Positions 10,634-20,706 of a DNA stretch of 64,000 nucleotides are shown here, piece by piece; the stretch's first letter is position 1, and each line of letters begins with the position of its first letter. Under the pieces are notes generated by a model. It saw only the letters and a program-made list of their open reading frames with translations. It was not told where the DNA came from and ran no database searches. The stretch is from Thermodesulfobacteriota bacterium (lineage in GTDB: Bacteria > Desulfobacterota > Desulfarculia > JACQYL01): NCBI GenBank assembly GCA_963675595.2, contig CAXXLZ010000002.1, positions 4,160,001 through 4,224,000 on the forward strand, written 5' to 3'. Position numbers and translations under genes: made by a program.

Positions 10634-11560
10634 ATGAAATCCCTGGTAACCGGGGGCGCGGGGTTCATCGGCAGTCATCTGGTCCGAAAACTGTTGGATC
10701 TGGGTCATGAGATTACCGTAGTGGACAATTTCAGGAGCGGAAACAAACTCGACAAGGATGTTCTTGAGTCCATCGAACTGATCCATGGCGATGTGCGGGA
10801 CGAAGCCACCGTTCTCAAAGCCTCCCAAGGAGTCGATTTGATATTTCACTTGGCTGCGGTCCTCGGCGTGGACATTGTGGCGGACAATCCGGTAGATGCC
10901 ATGGAAACCGAGGTGATGGGGATGAGAAACACGGCCAAAGCCGCTCTCCTATGCAAAGCCGAAAAGATTATTTACGCATCGACAAGCGGAGTTTACGGCA
11001 AGGCCGCCATCGAGAGAGCCGTTGAAGAGGACTTTCACGCGTCACCCAACACTAGCTACGCCATTGCCAAGAGATTCAACGAAATCTACCTCAAAGGGCT
11101 CTATCAGGAAAAGAATATCGAGTCCGTTTCTCTTCGGTATTTCAACGTGTATGGCCCGAAACAGGACGTTCGGATGGTGGTCCCTCGTTTCTTCCGGCAA
11201 GCTCTTTCGAACTCTCCCATTACGGTTTTCGGAACCGGCCTGCAGACCCGCGATTTCACCTATGTCGACGACGCTGTGGAAGCCACGGTTCGAGCCGCTC
11301 AGCAGATAGGTGGATGCGAGATCGTGAACATCTGCAATTCCGAGGAACATACGGTGCAAGATCTTGCGGAAGCGGTGGTTCGGCTCAGCGGTTCGAAGTC
11401 GGAAATCGTTCTGATCAATCCTCCCCAGGGGCGTTACGATTTCGAGGTGGAAAGAAGACTGGGAAGCGCGGACAAACTCCGCGAGCTTGTCGGATTCACT
11501 CCCCACACACCTTTCGAGGAAGGGCTCAAGACGACATTGGAGTACATCCTGGCTCATTAA
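10634..11560 (+). CDS. NAD-dependent nucleotide-sugar epimerase/dehydratase (extended SDR)
   Basis: LVTGGAGFIGSH, YAIAK (YxxxK), RYFNVYGP, QTRDFTYV. Confidence 0.9.
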   Translation: MKSLVTGGAGFIGSHLVRKLLDLGHEITVVDNFRSGNKLDKDVLESIELIHGDVRDEATVLKASQGVDLIFHLAAVLGVDIVADNPVDAMETEVMGMRNTAKAALLCKAEKIIYASTSGVYGKAAIERAVEEDFHASPNTSYAIAKRFNEIYLKGLYQEKNIESVSLRYFNVYGPKQDVRMVVPRFFRQALSNSPITVFGTGLQTRDFTYVDDAVEATVRAAQQIGGCEIVNICNSEEHTVQDLAEAVVRLSGSKSEIVLINPPQGRYDFEVERRLGSADKLRELVGFTPHTPFEEGLKTTLEYILAH

Positions 11561-11561
11561 A

Positions 11562-12623
11562 TCAAGGCAGGTCGTTTCGCCCCGTAATGTCGGCGTCCAG
11601 TCTTTCCAGTCGGTCGAGAATTTCACGGCGGATCTCAAGGTTTTCCTTCTGAACCTTGTAAAGTTCTCTTCGGATCAAGGATATCTTGATGGCCAGGAAT
11701 CCGAAGGACACCATGAACAGGCCGGAAATGACCAAGAGGGCGGTGAGATTCATCAGAGGTCTTACCGGATTCAGTTCTCCCTGGAAATAAAGTGCAAGAA
11801 GGTAGCTTCCGAGGCAGAGCCCGAAAAGAAATAGACAGACCCCCAGCAAGCCGAAAAACAGCATGGGTTTCTCCATAAAGGAGAAGAGTATGTGGGTGAG
11901 GGAGGTCCGAGCGAGTCTGTGCTTGGATTTTCCTTGCTTCCTGCAACGGAGGACGGCCGGGATTTCCTGAATTCGTCTGCCCACGGACAATGCTTTGGAC
12001 ACGATCTCGAGGTGTATTTCTTTGCCTTCGGATTCCAGTTCCATGGAAGTCAATACGTCGCGGCGATAGGCCCTGAACACGCAAGTCACCGTGTGCAGTT
12101 TTTTCGGAAGGGTTCCTCGGAGGAATCGATTTCCCCATCGGCTGACCAAATGCCTGGTAAGAGGGACCCCTTCGACTCTCCCTCCGGGCATGTAGGCCGA
12201 CGCCAACACGATATCCACTTCGGGGTCTTCCTCCAGAATTCGGATCATCTCGATCATCAAAGCGGGATCATAGCTCAAATCCGCATCGGTGGAGATCACG
12301 ATCCGCCCTCGGGAGGCCGCGAAGCCGCGCCTGAGTGCAGCGCCCCGTCCACGGTTCGGCGTGTAGGAAACCACTTTGACAAAGGGATGATGCAGGGCAA
12401 GCTCACCCAGCACTTCCGGTGTGCGATCGATGCTGCCGTCGTTGACCAACACGAGTTCCCAATCCACGCCCAACGGCGCGATCACGGAATGAATTGCTTC
12501 GACCACGTGAGGCGCGTTCTCTTCCTCGTTATACATGGGAACGACGATGGACAAGTGTGGGGAGGAACCCGAGAGCGTACGAATGTTGTTGCCTCGGCCG
12601 GCTTTGGGGGTCGACGGTTGCAT
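11562..12623 (-). CDS. Glycosyltransferase family 2 (DPM1/ArnC-like) with two C-terminal TM helices
   Basis: SIVVPMYNEEEN, VNDGSID, NRGRGAA, DADL. Confidence 0.88.
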   Translation of the reverse strand: MQPSTPKAGRGNNIRTLSGSSPHLSIVVPMYNEEENAPHVVEAIHSVIAPLGVDWELVLVNDGSIDRTPEVLGELALHHPFVKVVSYTPNRGRGAALRRGFAASRGRIVISTDADLSYDPALMIEMIRILEEDPEVDIVLASAYMPGGRVEGVPLTRHLVSRWGNRFLRGTLPKKLHTVTCVFRAYRRDVLTSMELESEGKEIHLEIVSKALSVGRRIQEIPAVLRCRKQGKSKHRLARTSLTHILFSFMEKPMLFFGLLGVCLFLFGLCLGSYLLALYFQGELNPVRPLMNLTALLVISGLFMVSFGFLAIKISLIRRELYKVQKENLEIRREILDRLERLDADITGRNDLP

Positions 12624-12663
12624 CGTCACCTGTGTTCGCCTAAAGGTTCATTGGATTCCGCCG

Positions 12664-12692
12664 GTTATATTCCCATCGGAGCTGAGTGTCAA
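12664..12692 (-). promoter_or_regulatory. Sigma70 promoter of the GT2 gene
   Basis: Minus strand TTGACA-17 nt-TATAAC about 40 nt upstream of the start. Confidence 0.65.
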
Positions 12693-12912
12693 CCAAGCGT
12701 GGATGAGCAGGCCACTTCAAGGGCATCCCGGATTGACAGAGGATGGGGCTTTCTGAGACTATCGCCCAGCCCTATCCATCGCAAGAGAACTTTGGAGCAC
12801 TTTCAACCCGACAGAGGCTTGAGCAGACCCATGAGAATTGCGCTTTGTGTCTTTACAGATAGACATTCGTTGCTGAATGGGGCGATGTTGATCGGGCCCC
12901 CGGGAATTCACG

Positions 12913-13554
12913 ATGGACTACCCTAACGCTCGAAAGCAGATGGTTCGGAGCCAGCTGATTGCTCGCGGCATTAAAGATGAACGGGTCATCCAGGCCATGA
13001 GCATCGTCCCTCGCCATCTGTTCGTCGAAGATGCCTTGAGGTCACGAGCCTATTCCGACCGCTCCCTGCCCATCGGTGAGAAACAAACCATCTCCCAGCC
13101 GTACATCGTCGCTCGTATGACCGAGGCTCTGGATGTCGAACCGGGAGACCGTATCCTGGAAGTGGGTACCGGTTCCGGTTATCAGGCCGCGGTACTGTCC
13201 CTCATCGCCGATCACGTCTATTCTCTGGAGCGGCTTCCCCGTCTCCTCATCAGGGCCCGAACGCTGCTGGACTCTCTGGGATATCGGAACGTGTCCCTTC
13301 TGCAATCAGACGGTTCGAAGGGCTGGAGAGAGCATGCACCGTTCAATGCCGTGCTTGTCACGGCCGGAAGCCCGTCCATTCCGGAACCTCTACTGGAACA
13401 ACTGGACGACGGCGGCAGATTGGTGCTGCCCATCGGGGACGACTCGTGCCAAGAGCTTGTGAGAGTGGTACGAGAGGGGAACGAGTTTTTCAAGACGGTT
13501 TTGGGGGGGTGCCGTTTTGTGAAGCTGGTCGGGAATCATGGATGGAGCGAATGA
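12913..13554 (+). CDS. pcm: Protein-L-isoaspartate O-methyltransferase
   Basis: VPRHLFV, QTISQPYIVARM, LEVGTGSGYQAA. Confidence 0.95.
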   Translation: MDYPNARKQMVRSQLIARGIKDERVIQAMSIVPRHLFVEDALRSRAYSDRSLPIGEKQTISQPYIVARMTEALDVEPGDRILEVGTGSGYQAAVLSLIADHVYSLERLPRLLIRARTLLDSLGYRNVSLLQSDGSKGWREHAPFNAVLVTAGSPSIPEPLLEQLDDGGRLVLPIGDDSCQELVRVVREGNEFFKTVLGGCRFVKLVGNHGWSE

Positions 13555-14012
13555 CGGCGGTCAAAATTGGAATCATCGGTGCGGGGGATTGTTCTTCGAA
13601 AGGCTACGAGGGAGCCGTGGAGATCGGAAGGCGGGTGGCCGAGAGAGGTGCGATTCTCGTCTGTGGAGGCTTGGGCGGCGTTATGGAGGCCGGGGCCAAA
13701 GGAGCCGCGGAAGCGGGCGGGGTCACCGTGGGTATTCTTCCGGGTATTTCCGCGGAGGAGGCGAACACATTCATACGCATACCGTTGCCTACCGGCATGG
13801 GGCCGGCCAGGAATGTGTTGATCGTCAGGGCCTCGGATGTACTCATCGCGGTGGAAGGTGGGTACGGGACCCTATCGGAAATCGCGTTGGCGCTCAAAAT
13901 GGACAAGCCGGTAATCGGTTGGAATACTTGGGAAGGACTGCCCGGAGTTCAATACGAATCCTCGCCGATGGAGGCGGCTGAAGCGGCTTTTCGGCTTCTC
14001 GGGAAACGATGA
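13551..14012 (+). CDS. TIGR00725 family (LOG/SLOG Rossmann-fold) protein
   Basis: CGGLGGVMEA, GILPG, TGMGPARN, GGYGTLSEIALA; ATGA overlap with pcm. Confidence 0.85.
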   Translation: MTAVKIGIIGAGDCSSKGYEGAVEIGRRVAERGAILVCGGLGGVMEAGAKGAAEAGGVTVGILPGISAEEANTFIRIPLPTGMGPARNVLIVRASDVLIAVEGGYGTLSEIALALKMDKPVIGWNTWEGLPGVQYESSPMEAAEAAFRLLGKR

Positions 14013-14021
14013 TGCCCGCTC

Positions 14022-14684
14022 CTAAGGCATTGTCGTCTTCACGGGTCTGAGGGTCAGGACGCCTTCTTCATCGGGCTCGACGATCATCCCGTGCATGCGG
14101 ATGGTCCGGATAAAAGGTCGTCCGAAGAGGAAGTCCACCGCCTCGCGTGGAATGGAGGCACGGTCTACGACAAAAGGTCGGAAGGCGAATTCGTACCGCA
14201 AAAGGTCCATGAGTGGGTTTGCGTGCGTTCCCCCGGAATTGCGATATTCCGCCACCGCCTCCGCGAGTTTTACATAACTGAAACGTTCTTCATGGTTCCC
14301 CACGAGTTTCAAAAGCGACGGCTTGGACCTCAATACGTCCTCGCGGCTTAGCCGGACCGAATTGTGGCGCCGTTCCAGGTCCGAAGTATCCCAACACTTC
14401 AACTCCCTGCACTGAACCGGCCGGTGCTCATAAATGCCGCATCGATTTTGCGATTCGTCGAAGAACCGACAAGCCCCACCCTTTCGCTCCCCGACTTTGA
14501 TCATTTCTTCAGTGATGGGTCGAAGAACGCCTCGAACATTGTCGTTTACCAGTTCTCCTACTCGGAGAGTGAAAAGGTCCTGGAAACGGAGGACGCCCTT
14601 TTCGATGAGAAAGGCGTCTTCGGGATGAAGGGTGGGGGATGATGAGCGGCAACATGTGCCGCATCGAATACAGTGGGTTCTCAC
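14022..14684 (-). CDS. YkgJ-family Cys-cluster protein
   Basis: CIRCGTCC ... CRFF ... CGIYEHRPVQCR. Confidence 0.8.
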   Translation of the reverse strand: MRTHCIRCGTCCRSSSPTLHPEDAFLIEKGVLRFQDLFTLRVGELVNDNVRGVLRPITEEMIKVGERKGGACRFFDESQNRCGIYEHRPVQCRELKCWDTSDLERRHNSVRLSREDVLRSKPSLLKLVGNHEERFSYVKLAEAVAEYRNSGGTHANPLMDLLRYEFAFRPFVVDRASIPREAVDFLFGRPFIRTIRMHGMIVEPDEEGVLTLRPVKTTMP

Positions 14685-14844
14685 AGCGTCAGTCGGCTGA
14701 AACGGGCGTCACGTCCGTTTGACCTGAAGGGTGGAAGTGGAGGAGGACCGACCCCCGTCCCGCAGTCTTGCGCAAAGAGCAACGGAACGCGGGGGACCGC
14801 CACCCGGCCCGGAGGGCGATCCGGATGAAACCCGGCTCCCGTGA

Positions 14845-15483
14845 TCAGGAGGGCGTTCCGGTCGCCTTGTCCAAGTCGTGAATTTCCTTTAGTTTCTGTT
14901 CGAGCTTTTTTACCAACGCTGCATATGATTCCCTGGCAATCGTCTGATTGAACTGACTCCGGTAGGTGTTGACCAAGCTGACATCTTCGATCACCACATC
15001 ATACACCCACCATTCTCCATCCTTCTCGAACATCCTGTAGACGATGGGAATGTCCACGTTGGTCGTTTTGATGGTGGTATGGATCCAGAAGTATCGACCC
15101 TTCTCCTCGGCTTCGGTGTAAAGCACCTTCTCGTTGGTGTAACCTTCGATCTTGCCGGCATAGGACGCTGTAAGCAATTCGGTGAACAATGTAACGAAGT
15201 CTTTTTGCTCTTTATCGGAGAGTTCTCTCCAATGCCTGCCCATGGCCCGCTTGGCCATTTCCCCGAAATCAAATCGTTCGTTGATGACGTCCATGATCTC
15301 CCGACGTTTTTCCGCACGCTTGTCCGGCTTTGACAGCTCGGGATCCTTGAGGACTTGGATGACCTTGTCGATGGCGGTCTTGAGCTGGTCTTGAGCGGCC
15401 TTGCCGGGGGAGGCGAAAGCCGAGCCCCAACACATCAGGGCCAAAATTGTAAGAATCGCGAACGGTTTGACAAACATCTTCAT
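14845..15483 (-). CDS. mlaC: MlaC/Ttg2D periplasmic lipid shuttle
   Basis: Signal peptide; FDFGEMAKRAMGRHW, VYDVVIEDVSLVNTYRSQF. Confidence 0.88.
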   Translation of the reverse strand: MKMFVKPFAILTILALMCWGSAFASPGKAAQDQLKTAIDKVIQVLKDPELSKPDKRAEKRREIMDVINERFDFGEMAKRAMGRHWRELSDKEQKDFVTLFTELLTASYAGKIEGYTNEKVLYTEAEEKGRYFWIHTTIKTTNVDIPIVYRMFEKDGEWWVYDVVIEDVSLVNTYRSQFNQTIARESYAALVKKLEQKLKEIHDLDKATGTPS

Positions 15484-15892
15484 TCTTTTCCTCCTTGGGC
15501 TAAGAAGCGGCTCCGGATTTTCGGATACTCATGGAGGCAACCACTACCCGAAAATTACATGGATGGCAAGAGGGTATCACCGAAGAGATAAAAGGGGCGC
15601 GAACGGATGAGACGGAGTTGGACGCGGAGTAATCGACGTACTCCCGTCGACCGGATATTTGCCGGCGGCTCCTATCCGGAAGAGCGGTCGTGGCTCGGGA
15701 ATGCACGCCTGCGATTTGTGTCGGCCGCCTGGAAGAAGGAAGAAAAGGTGTTTTCTCGATTCCCTCTTTGCGAACGGGCCGTGAGGTTCTCGGTTGAGCG
15801 ACCACCGGCTGTCGTTTCACCCGTTGACGCTTGCCGGGGAAGAAGGAGAGTGCTTTGGCGTCTCCCTATCCCCCCGGTTCAGACTTGTGAAA

Positions 15893-17266
15893 CTAGTACT
15901 GATCGGCGACGGCTCGGACGCTTAACCCCGATGCTTGCTCCAGGTTTGCGTAGGCCATGTTGAAGTTGTAGATGGACTGAAGATAACTCATACGAGTCGT
16001 GCCGTAGGCTTCCAGAGAGTCGGCCAGATCCCTGGAGGTGCCCAGCCCCAGATCGTAGTTGGAAGAGGCGGCGACCAACCACTTGCGGGCTGCTTTTTGC
16101 GACCTGTACAGGGCTTCGATATTGTTCTTCGCTTCCATGAGCTCCCTGTAACTTTTTTCCACCTGAAGCGGAATGAAGGTCTCGGCGAAGTCTCCCGTTT
16201 GGTTGAGCTTCCGGACTTCGGCCCTGGATCGGCTCACCTGGGCGGACGTGATGCCGAAATCGAGAGACCAGCGAATTCCCAGGGCGGCGCCCCCCCCGGT
16301 GTGATTGAACCGGTCGTAAATCCATGGGTTGTCCACTTTGTCCCTATCGCCGGCCCACGCATAAGAGAAAAAAGCGCCCAGGAAAATGTCCGGATAGTAT
16401 TCGGCCACGGCGGCTTGAACCAAAGCCTCTTTGGCGGCCAGTCCTTCTTTGAGTTGAGTGAACTCGGGTCTGAGTTTGGAGCTCTCGCCCACGTAATATC
16501 CCAACTCCTCGATTTTTATATCGGCGGGGGTGAGGTGATCCTCCGCGATGCGAACTTCTTTACCGGATTTGAAGCCCATGGACTTTCTCAAGGCTTCCTT
16601 CGCAAGAATTCGTGACTTGATCGCTTTCTGCCGAAAGGTTTCGATAATTCCGGAAAAAGCCTGCAATTTGTGCAGATCCATCGGCGTGGCGAACTCGGAT
16701 TCCACCTCCAACAGTTTTTCGGTGCGGTCTATGGCGGAGTTCAGGTATCCGTCGATTTCGTCGACCAGCAGCATACCGTCCTCCGCGAACAGAAGGCCGT
16801 AGTAGTATTCTTTGATCTGAAGGGCTACGTCCGTGGCTTTCTGACGGACTCGGGACTTATCGACTTCGATGCCGTGGGTTGCGGCCTTCTTCTTTTCATC
16901 GATTTTGCCGAATGTATAAAGGGGCTGGACCAAAGTGATGTCGATGCTTCCAAAGGGGCCCAGTCCCTCGATTCTGTCGCTGTGGTAATCGGATTCAATC
17001 TGGTTGCCTTTGGCGTCCGATACGGGTGCGGCAAGACCCAGGGTTTCTATTTGAGGCCACTGGTAGCCCTTGGCTTCGTCGAGCAGGGTCTTGGAAATTT
17101 CGACATCTTGCTGAACTTCCTTGATTTCGGGGCTGAATTCCAAAGCCTTCCGAATGCACTCATCCAGGGTGTAAGTTTCTTCCGCATCCGCGGCGAACGG
17201 CAGAAGCAGAGCGCTCGCGATCAGAACGATGGATAATCGGCACAAAAGTTCTTTGAGGCGAGTCAT
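15893..17266 (-). CDS. TolC-family outer membrane protein
   Basis: Signal peptide; TLDECIRKALEFSPEI, QPLYTFGKI, YYPDI; two-repeat OMF layout. Confidence 0.85.
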   Translation of the reverse strand: MTRLKELLCRLSIVLIASALLLPFAADAEETYTLDECIRKALEFSPEIKEVQQDVEISKTLLDEAKGYQWPQIETLGLAAPVSDAKGNQIESDYHSDRIEGLGPFGSIDITLVQPLYTFGKIDEKKKAATHGIEVDKSRVRQKATDVALQIKEYYYGLLFAEDGMLLVDEIDGYLNSAIDRTEKLLEVESEFATPMDLHKLQAFSGIIETFRQKAIKSRILAKEALRKSMGFKSGKEVRIAEDHLTPADIKIEELGYYVGESSKLRPEFTQLKEGLAAKEALVQAAVAEYYPDIFLGAFFSYAWAGDRDKVDNPWIYDRFNHTGGGAALGIRWSLDFGITSAQVSRSRAEVRKLNQTGDFAETFIPLQVEKSYRELMEAKNNIEALYRSQKAARKWLVAASSNYDLGLGTSRDLADSLEAYGTTRMSYLQSIYNFNMAYANLEQASGLSVRAVADQY

Positions 17267-17288
17267 GGCAGTTCTCCCTTACCTCGAT

Positions 17289-17735
17289 TTATTCCTTTTC
17301 GAAAATGTACTTGCTGATCAAATCTTCCAGGCTGATGGCACCTTCGGTGTCGAGGATCTCACCCTCGGCCGGGATGATTTCGTCGGATGCTCCCGGTGAA
17401 ATTTTGATGTACTTGTCGCCTATGATGCCCTGAGTGCGGATGGACGCGATGGAATCGTCCTGAAGCTTGACGCCGGAATCGATCTGCATCTCGACTTCAG
17501 CCTGGTAGTTATCGAGCCGAATCTCTTTCACCTTGCCGATGACCACTCCGGCAATTTCAATGCGCGCGCCGGTCTTCAGGCCGGAAACCGAAGAGAAGCG
17601 AGCCTTCACTGGGTAACTGCCTGATCCGAGTATCTGGATATCGCCCAACCGGACGGCGAGGTACGCGAAACAGAGAAAACCCGCCACGAGAAACATGCCC
17701 ACGGCGCTTTCGATGTTGAGCTTCTTCATGTTCAT
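17289..17735 (-). CDS. mlaD: MlaD MCE-domain protein
   Basis: VGMF TM helix, F..VSGLK.GA.IEIAGV.IGKV, IRTQGIIGDKYI.ISPG. Confidence 0.9.
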   Translation of the reverse strand: MNMKKLNIESAVGMFLVAGFLCFAYLAVRLGDIQILGSGSYPVKARFSSVSGLKTGARIEIAGVVIGKVKEIRLDNYQAEVEMQIDSGVKLQDDSIASIRTQGIIGDKYIKISPGASDEIIPAEGEILDTEGAISLEDLISKYIFEKE

Positions 17736-17817
17736 GTCGTCTTCCTGAACCCTTTCGGATCGGCCGAATCCAAGGGGAAGTATTCCCAAGCGGCGACCGG
17801 TGGGAGGCCTGAGTCTC

Positions 17818-18606
17818 CTACAAGAGCACCGCGGTGAGCAAGTAGTCCCATAGTAACACGAAAATGGACGAGTGGACTACGGCAAGAGTGGTGGCCCGGC
17901 TCACTCCTTCCGCTCCGAACCCGCCGTTTCGGTCCAGATGAACGTAAAACCCCTTGGCTGTGCACACCCAAGTGATGATCAGACCGAAAAACAGGGACTT
18001 TACGATCCCCATGTAAATATCTTCCCAAGAGACTCCGGTCTGCATGCTGTACCAGTATCCACCCTCGTCTACTCCCAGGAGTTTGACGCCGATGAGAAAC
18101 CCCCCCACGATGCCCACGATGTCGAAGATGAAATTCAGGAAAGGCATGGCGAGGATGCCCGCGAACAGCTTGGGCGAAAGAAGGTATCGAAAGGGGTTTA
18201 TGGCCATGCATTCCAATGCGTCGATCTGTTCCGAGATTCGCATGATCCCGATTTCCGCGCACATGGCGGACCCTGCCCTTGCCGTTACCATCAAAGCGGT
18301 CAAAACGGGGCCCAATTCACGGATGAGGCTCAGCGCCACCGCCGAACCCAGGATGCCTTCGGAACCGAACTTGCTCAGGGTGTAGAATCCCTGGAGTCCC
18401 AGAACCATACCGGTGAAAAGAGCCGTGAAGAAGATGACGAATATGGACTGGGACCCAATGACATACATCTGTTTGATGTAGGGCTGTAATTTGAAGGGAG
18501 GAGAAAAGAATCCCAGAGCGGTGTAGAGGAGGAATATCCCCAGACGTCCGATAACGTTGATCTCCCGGATGCACCAACCACCCAGTTTTTCGAACAGGGT
18601 CATCAT
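17818..18606 (-). CDS. mlaE: MlaE permease
   Basis: FTGMVLGLQG, LIRELGPVLTALMVTARAGSAMCAEIG.MRISEQIDAL. Confidence 0.92.
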   Translation of the reverse strand: MMTLFEKLGGWCIREINVIGRLGIFLLYTALGFFSPPFKLQPYIKQMYVIGSQSIFVIFFTALFTGMVLGLQGFYTLSKFGSEGILGSAVALSLIRELGPVLTALMVTARAGSAMCAEIGIMRISEQIDALECMAINPFRYLLSPKLFAGILAMPFLNFIFDIVGIVGGFLIGVKLLGVDEGGYWYSMQTGVSWEDIYMGIVKSLFFGLIITWVCTAKGFYVHLDRNGGFGAEGVSRATTLAVVHSSIFVLLWDYLLTAVLL

Positions 18607-18849
18607 AGGCTTGCCGAAAATCCTTCCCCTATCACGTAATTAACAAATGACACTTTATAGATGAAAACAGGAACGGAATCAACGTGCAACCCGTAAGAAG
18701 TCTTTGGGAATCGGGACCGCAGTCTTCATGAAGAGGGCGGGCGAGGCGGGATGCCGCCGAGTATGAAGAAAATAAAAAATATTCCCGAGTGTGGCAATGA
18801 GGTTTCGGACCACGCGCACCGCCTTCAGGATTCGGTTGACTCGACGATG

Positions 18850-19030
18850 GGGTCATGTTAGGGATACTCCTAAAGAGTATGGTTCTCGGACGGGGAATCT
18901 CGTGTGAATCGAGAGCGGTCCCGCCGCTGTAGCCGGGGACGAAATCCGCAATGGCCACTGCTTCTGGGAAACCGGAGCGGGAAGGCGCGGAGAGTAGATC
19001 GATCCGGAAGCCAGAACACCCGTTCGGAGC
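18850..19030 (+). ncRNA. Cobalamin riboswitch
   Basis: GGGGAA..GTGTGAATC..GCGGTCCCGCCGCTGTA..GCCACTG..GGGAAGG..AAGCCAGAA core, upstream of cbi genes; boundaries approximate. Confidence 0.92.
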
Positions 19031-19096
19031 CCAACGCCGTATTCCCTACGAGGGATAGGGGGCTTCCGTTCATGCGGTGGTCTGTGGTTTGTACTG

Positions 19097-19167
19097 AAAA
19101 AGGTCCGGTGCGGTCCTTGAGTCTTTTTAGGCTCAGGGATTTTTTTGTTCACCGGTCCTTTTTTTTG
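19097..19167 (+). terminator. Nested terminator hairpin, probable riboswitch expression platform
   Basis: Inner TCCTTGAGTCT/AGGCTCAGGGA followed by a T-run; outer AAAAGGTCCGGTG/CACCGGTCCTTTT followed by a T-run. Confidence 0.7.
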
Positions 19168-19231
19168 TTCTCGTCCCCGGTGGGGAATCGGCCTGGACTC
19201 GGTGTGGGCGGGAGAGCCGGAGGACTCCTTT

Positions 19232-20677
19232 ATGTCGGATAATCCAGTCGGGCTGATGATCGCCGGGACCCAAAGCGGTGTCGGCAAGACCACCCTGACC
19301 CTGGGCTTGATGGCGGCCATGGTGCGCCGTGGGTTGAGAGTACAGCCTTTCAAGGTGGGGCCGGATTTTATTGACCCGGGACATCATACGCATGTGGCGG
19401 GACGTGTTTCCAGGAATCTCGACGGTTGGATGTTGGATCGAGAAACGAACCGGCGAATTTTCGGGCAAGCCGTCCGAGGCGCGGATGTGGCCGTGGTCGA
19501 AGGGGTCATGGGCTTGTTCGACGGGTACGACGGAGCGAGTGAAGCGGGTTCTACGGCCCAGATGGCCAAATGGCTCGGGCTTCCCGTATTGCTCGTCACG
19601 GACGTGAGAAGCATGGCCCGAAGCGTTGCGGCGCTGGTCCACGGCTTTACCGATTTCGATCCGGAGGTCGCCTTTGCCGGAGTGCTCTGCAACCGCGTTG
19701 GAAGCGACACCCATTTTCATTACATCAAGGAGGCCCTGGCGTCCGTGCCGTCGGTTCCTTGCTTGGGAGGGATTCCCAGGGACGAAGAGTTGTTCATTCC
19801 CGAACGTCATTTGGGGCTGGTCACGGACGACGAGCACAGACTCGACGCCGAATACCTGAAACACTTGGCAGACTTGGTGGAAAAACATATCGCATTGGAC
19901 CGTCTCTTGGACGGGCTGCCCGTTTCTGCTCCAACGATACCGGAACCGTTGCCTCCCACGGCAAAGGAAGTGCGCATCGGAGTGGCGGCAGACCCCGCGT
20001 TCTGCTTCTACTATCAGGACAACCTCGACCTTCTGGAGCGGGCCGGTGCGGAGATTGTGCGCTTTTCCCCCATCCGGGATCGCAACCTGCCCGCCGGGCT
20101 TGACGGACTCTATCTCGGCGGGGGGTATCCCGAAGTGTTCGCCGCGTCGCTGGCGCAAAACGGTTCCATCAAAAACGAGATCAGCCGTGCGGCGGAGGCG
20201 GGAATGCCCGTGTACGCCGAATGCGGCGGCTTCATGTATTTGTGCGCCGCCATCGAGCAGCCGCGGGAATCTTCCCACGCCATGGCGGGCGTCTTCCCGT
20301 GGCCGGTGACCATGCTGCCTCGAAGGAGGGCCCTGGGGTACCGAGAAGTGACCTTCTCCTCGGACTGCATCCTTGGGCCACAAGGAACATCGGCCAGAGG
20401 CCATGAGTTCCATTATTCGGATGTGGTGGGAGACCTGCGGGGAATACGGCGGGTCTTCCGTGTGGCGCCCAGGAACCGCAGCTCCGTCATGGAAGAAGGC
20501 TACTCCAAATGGAACGTTCTGGGCGGCTATATTCATCTTCATTTCGGCAGTAATCCGTTGCTTGCGGAGCATTTCGTGGACGCCTGCCGGAAGTTTAAGC
20601 GAAGCGGGAATACCGGGGGTCCCCGATTTTCGGGACCTATCGGTGCAACGACGGCGTCGTCCGACGGAAAACCTTGA
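19232..20677 (+). CDS. cbiA: Cobyrinate a,c-diamide synthase
   Basis: SGVGKTT, FKVGPDFIDP, EGVMGLFDG, GGGYPE, YAECGG, GHEFHYS. Confidence 0.95.
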   Translation: MSDNPVGLMIAGTQSGVGKTTLTLGLMAAMVRRGLRVQPFKVGPDFIDPGHHTHVAGRVSRNLDGWMLDRETNRRIFGQAVRGADVAVVEGVMGLFDGYDGASEAGSTAQMAKWLGLPVLLVTDVRSMARSVAALVHGFTDFDPEVAFAGVLCNRVGSDTHFHYIKEALASVPSVPCLGGIPRDEELFIPERHLGLVTDDEHRLDAEYLKHLADLVEKHIALDRLLDGLPVSAPTIPEPLPPTAKEVRIGVAADPAFCFYYQDNLDLLERAGAEIVRFSPIRDRNLPAGLDGLYLGGGYPEVFAASLAQNGSIKNEISRAAEAGMPVYAECGGFMYLCAAIEQPRESSHAMAGVFPWPVTMLPRRRALGYREVTFSSDCILGPQGTSARGHEFHYSDVVGDLRGIRRVFRVAPRNRSSVMEEGYSKWNVLGGYIHLHFGSNPLLAEHFVDACRKFKRSGNTGGPRFSGPIGATTASSDGKP

Positions 20678-20706
20678 CATGAATCGTCTATTATCGGGAG
20701 GAAAAC

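Noticed and set aside
15484-15892. Hidden gene or ncRNA between tolC and mlaC
   Set aside because: The ORFs are not protein-like and no strong structure is evident; probably a promoter region (TTGCCA-17-TAGTGG on the minus strand)
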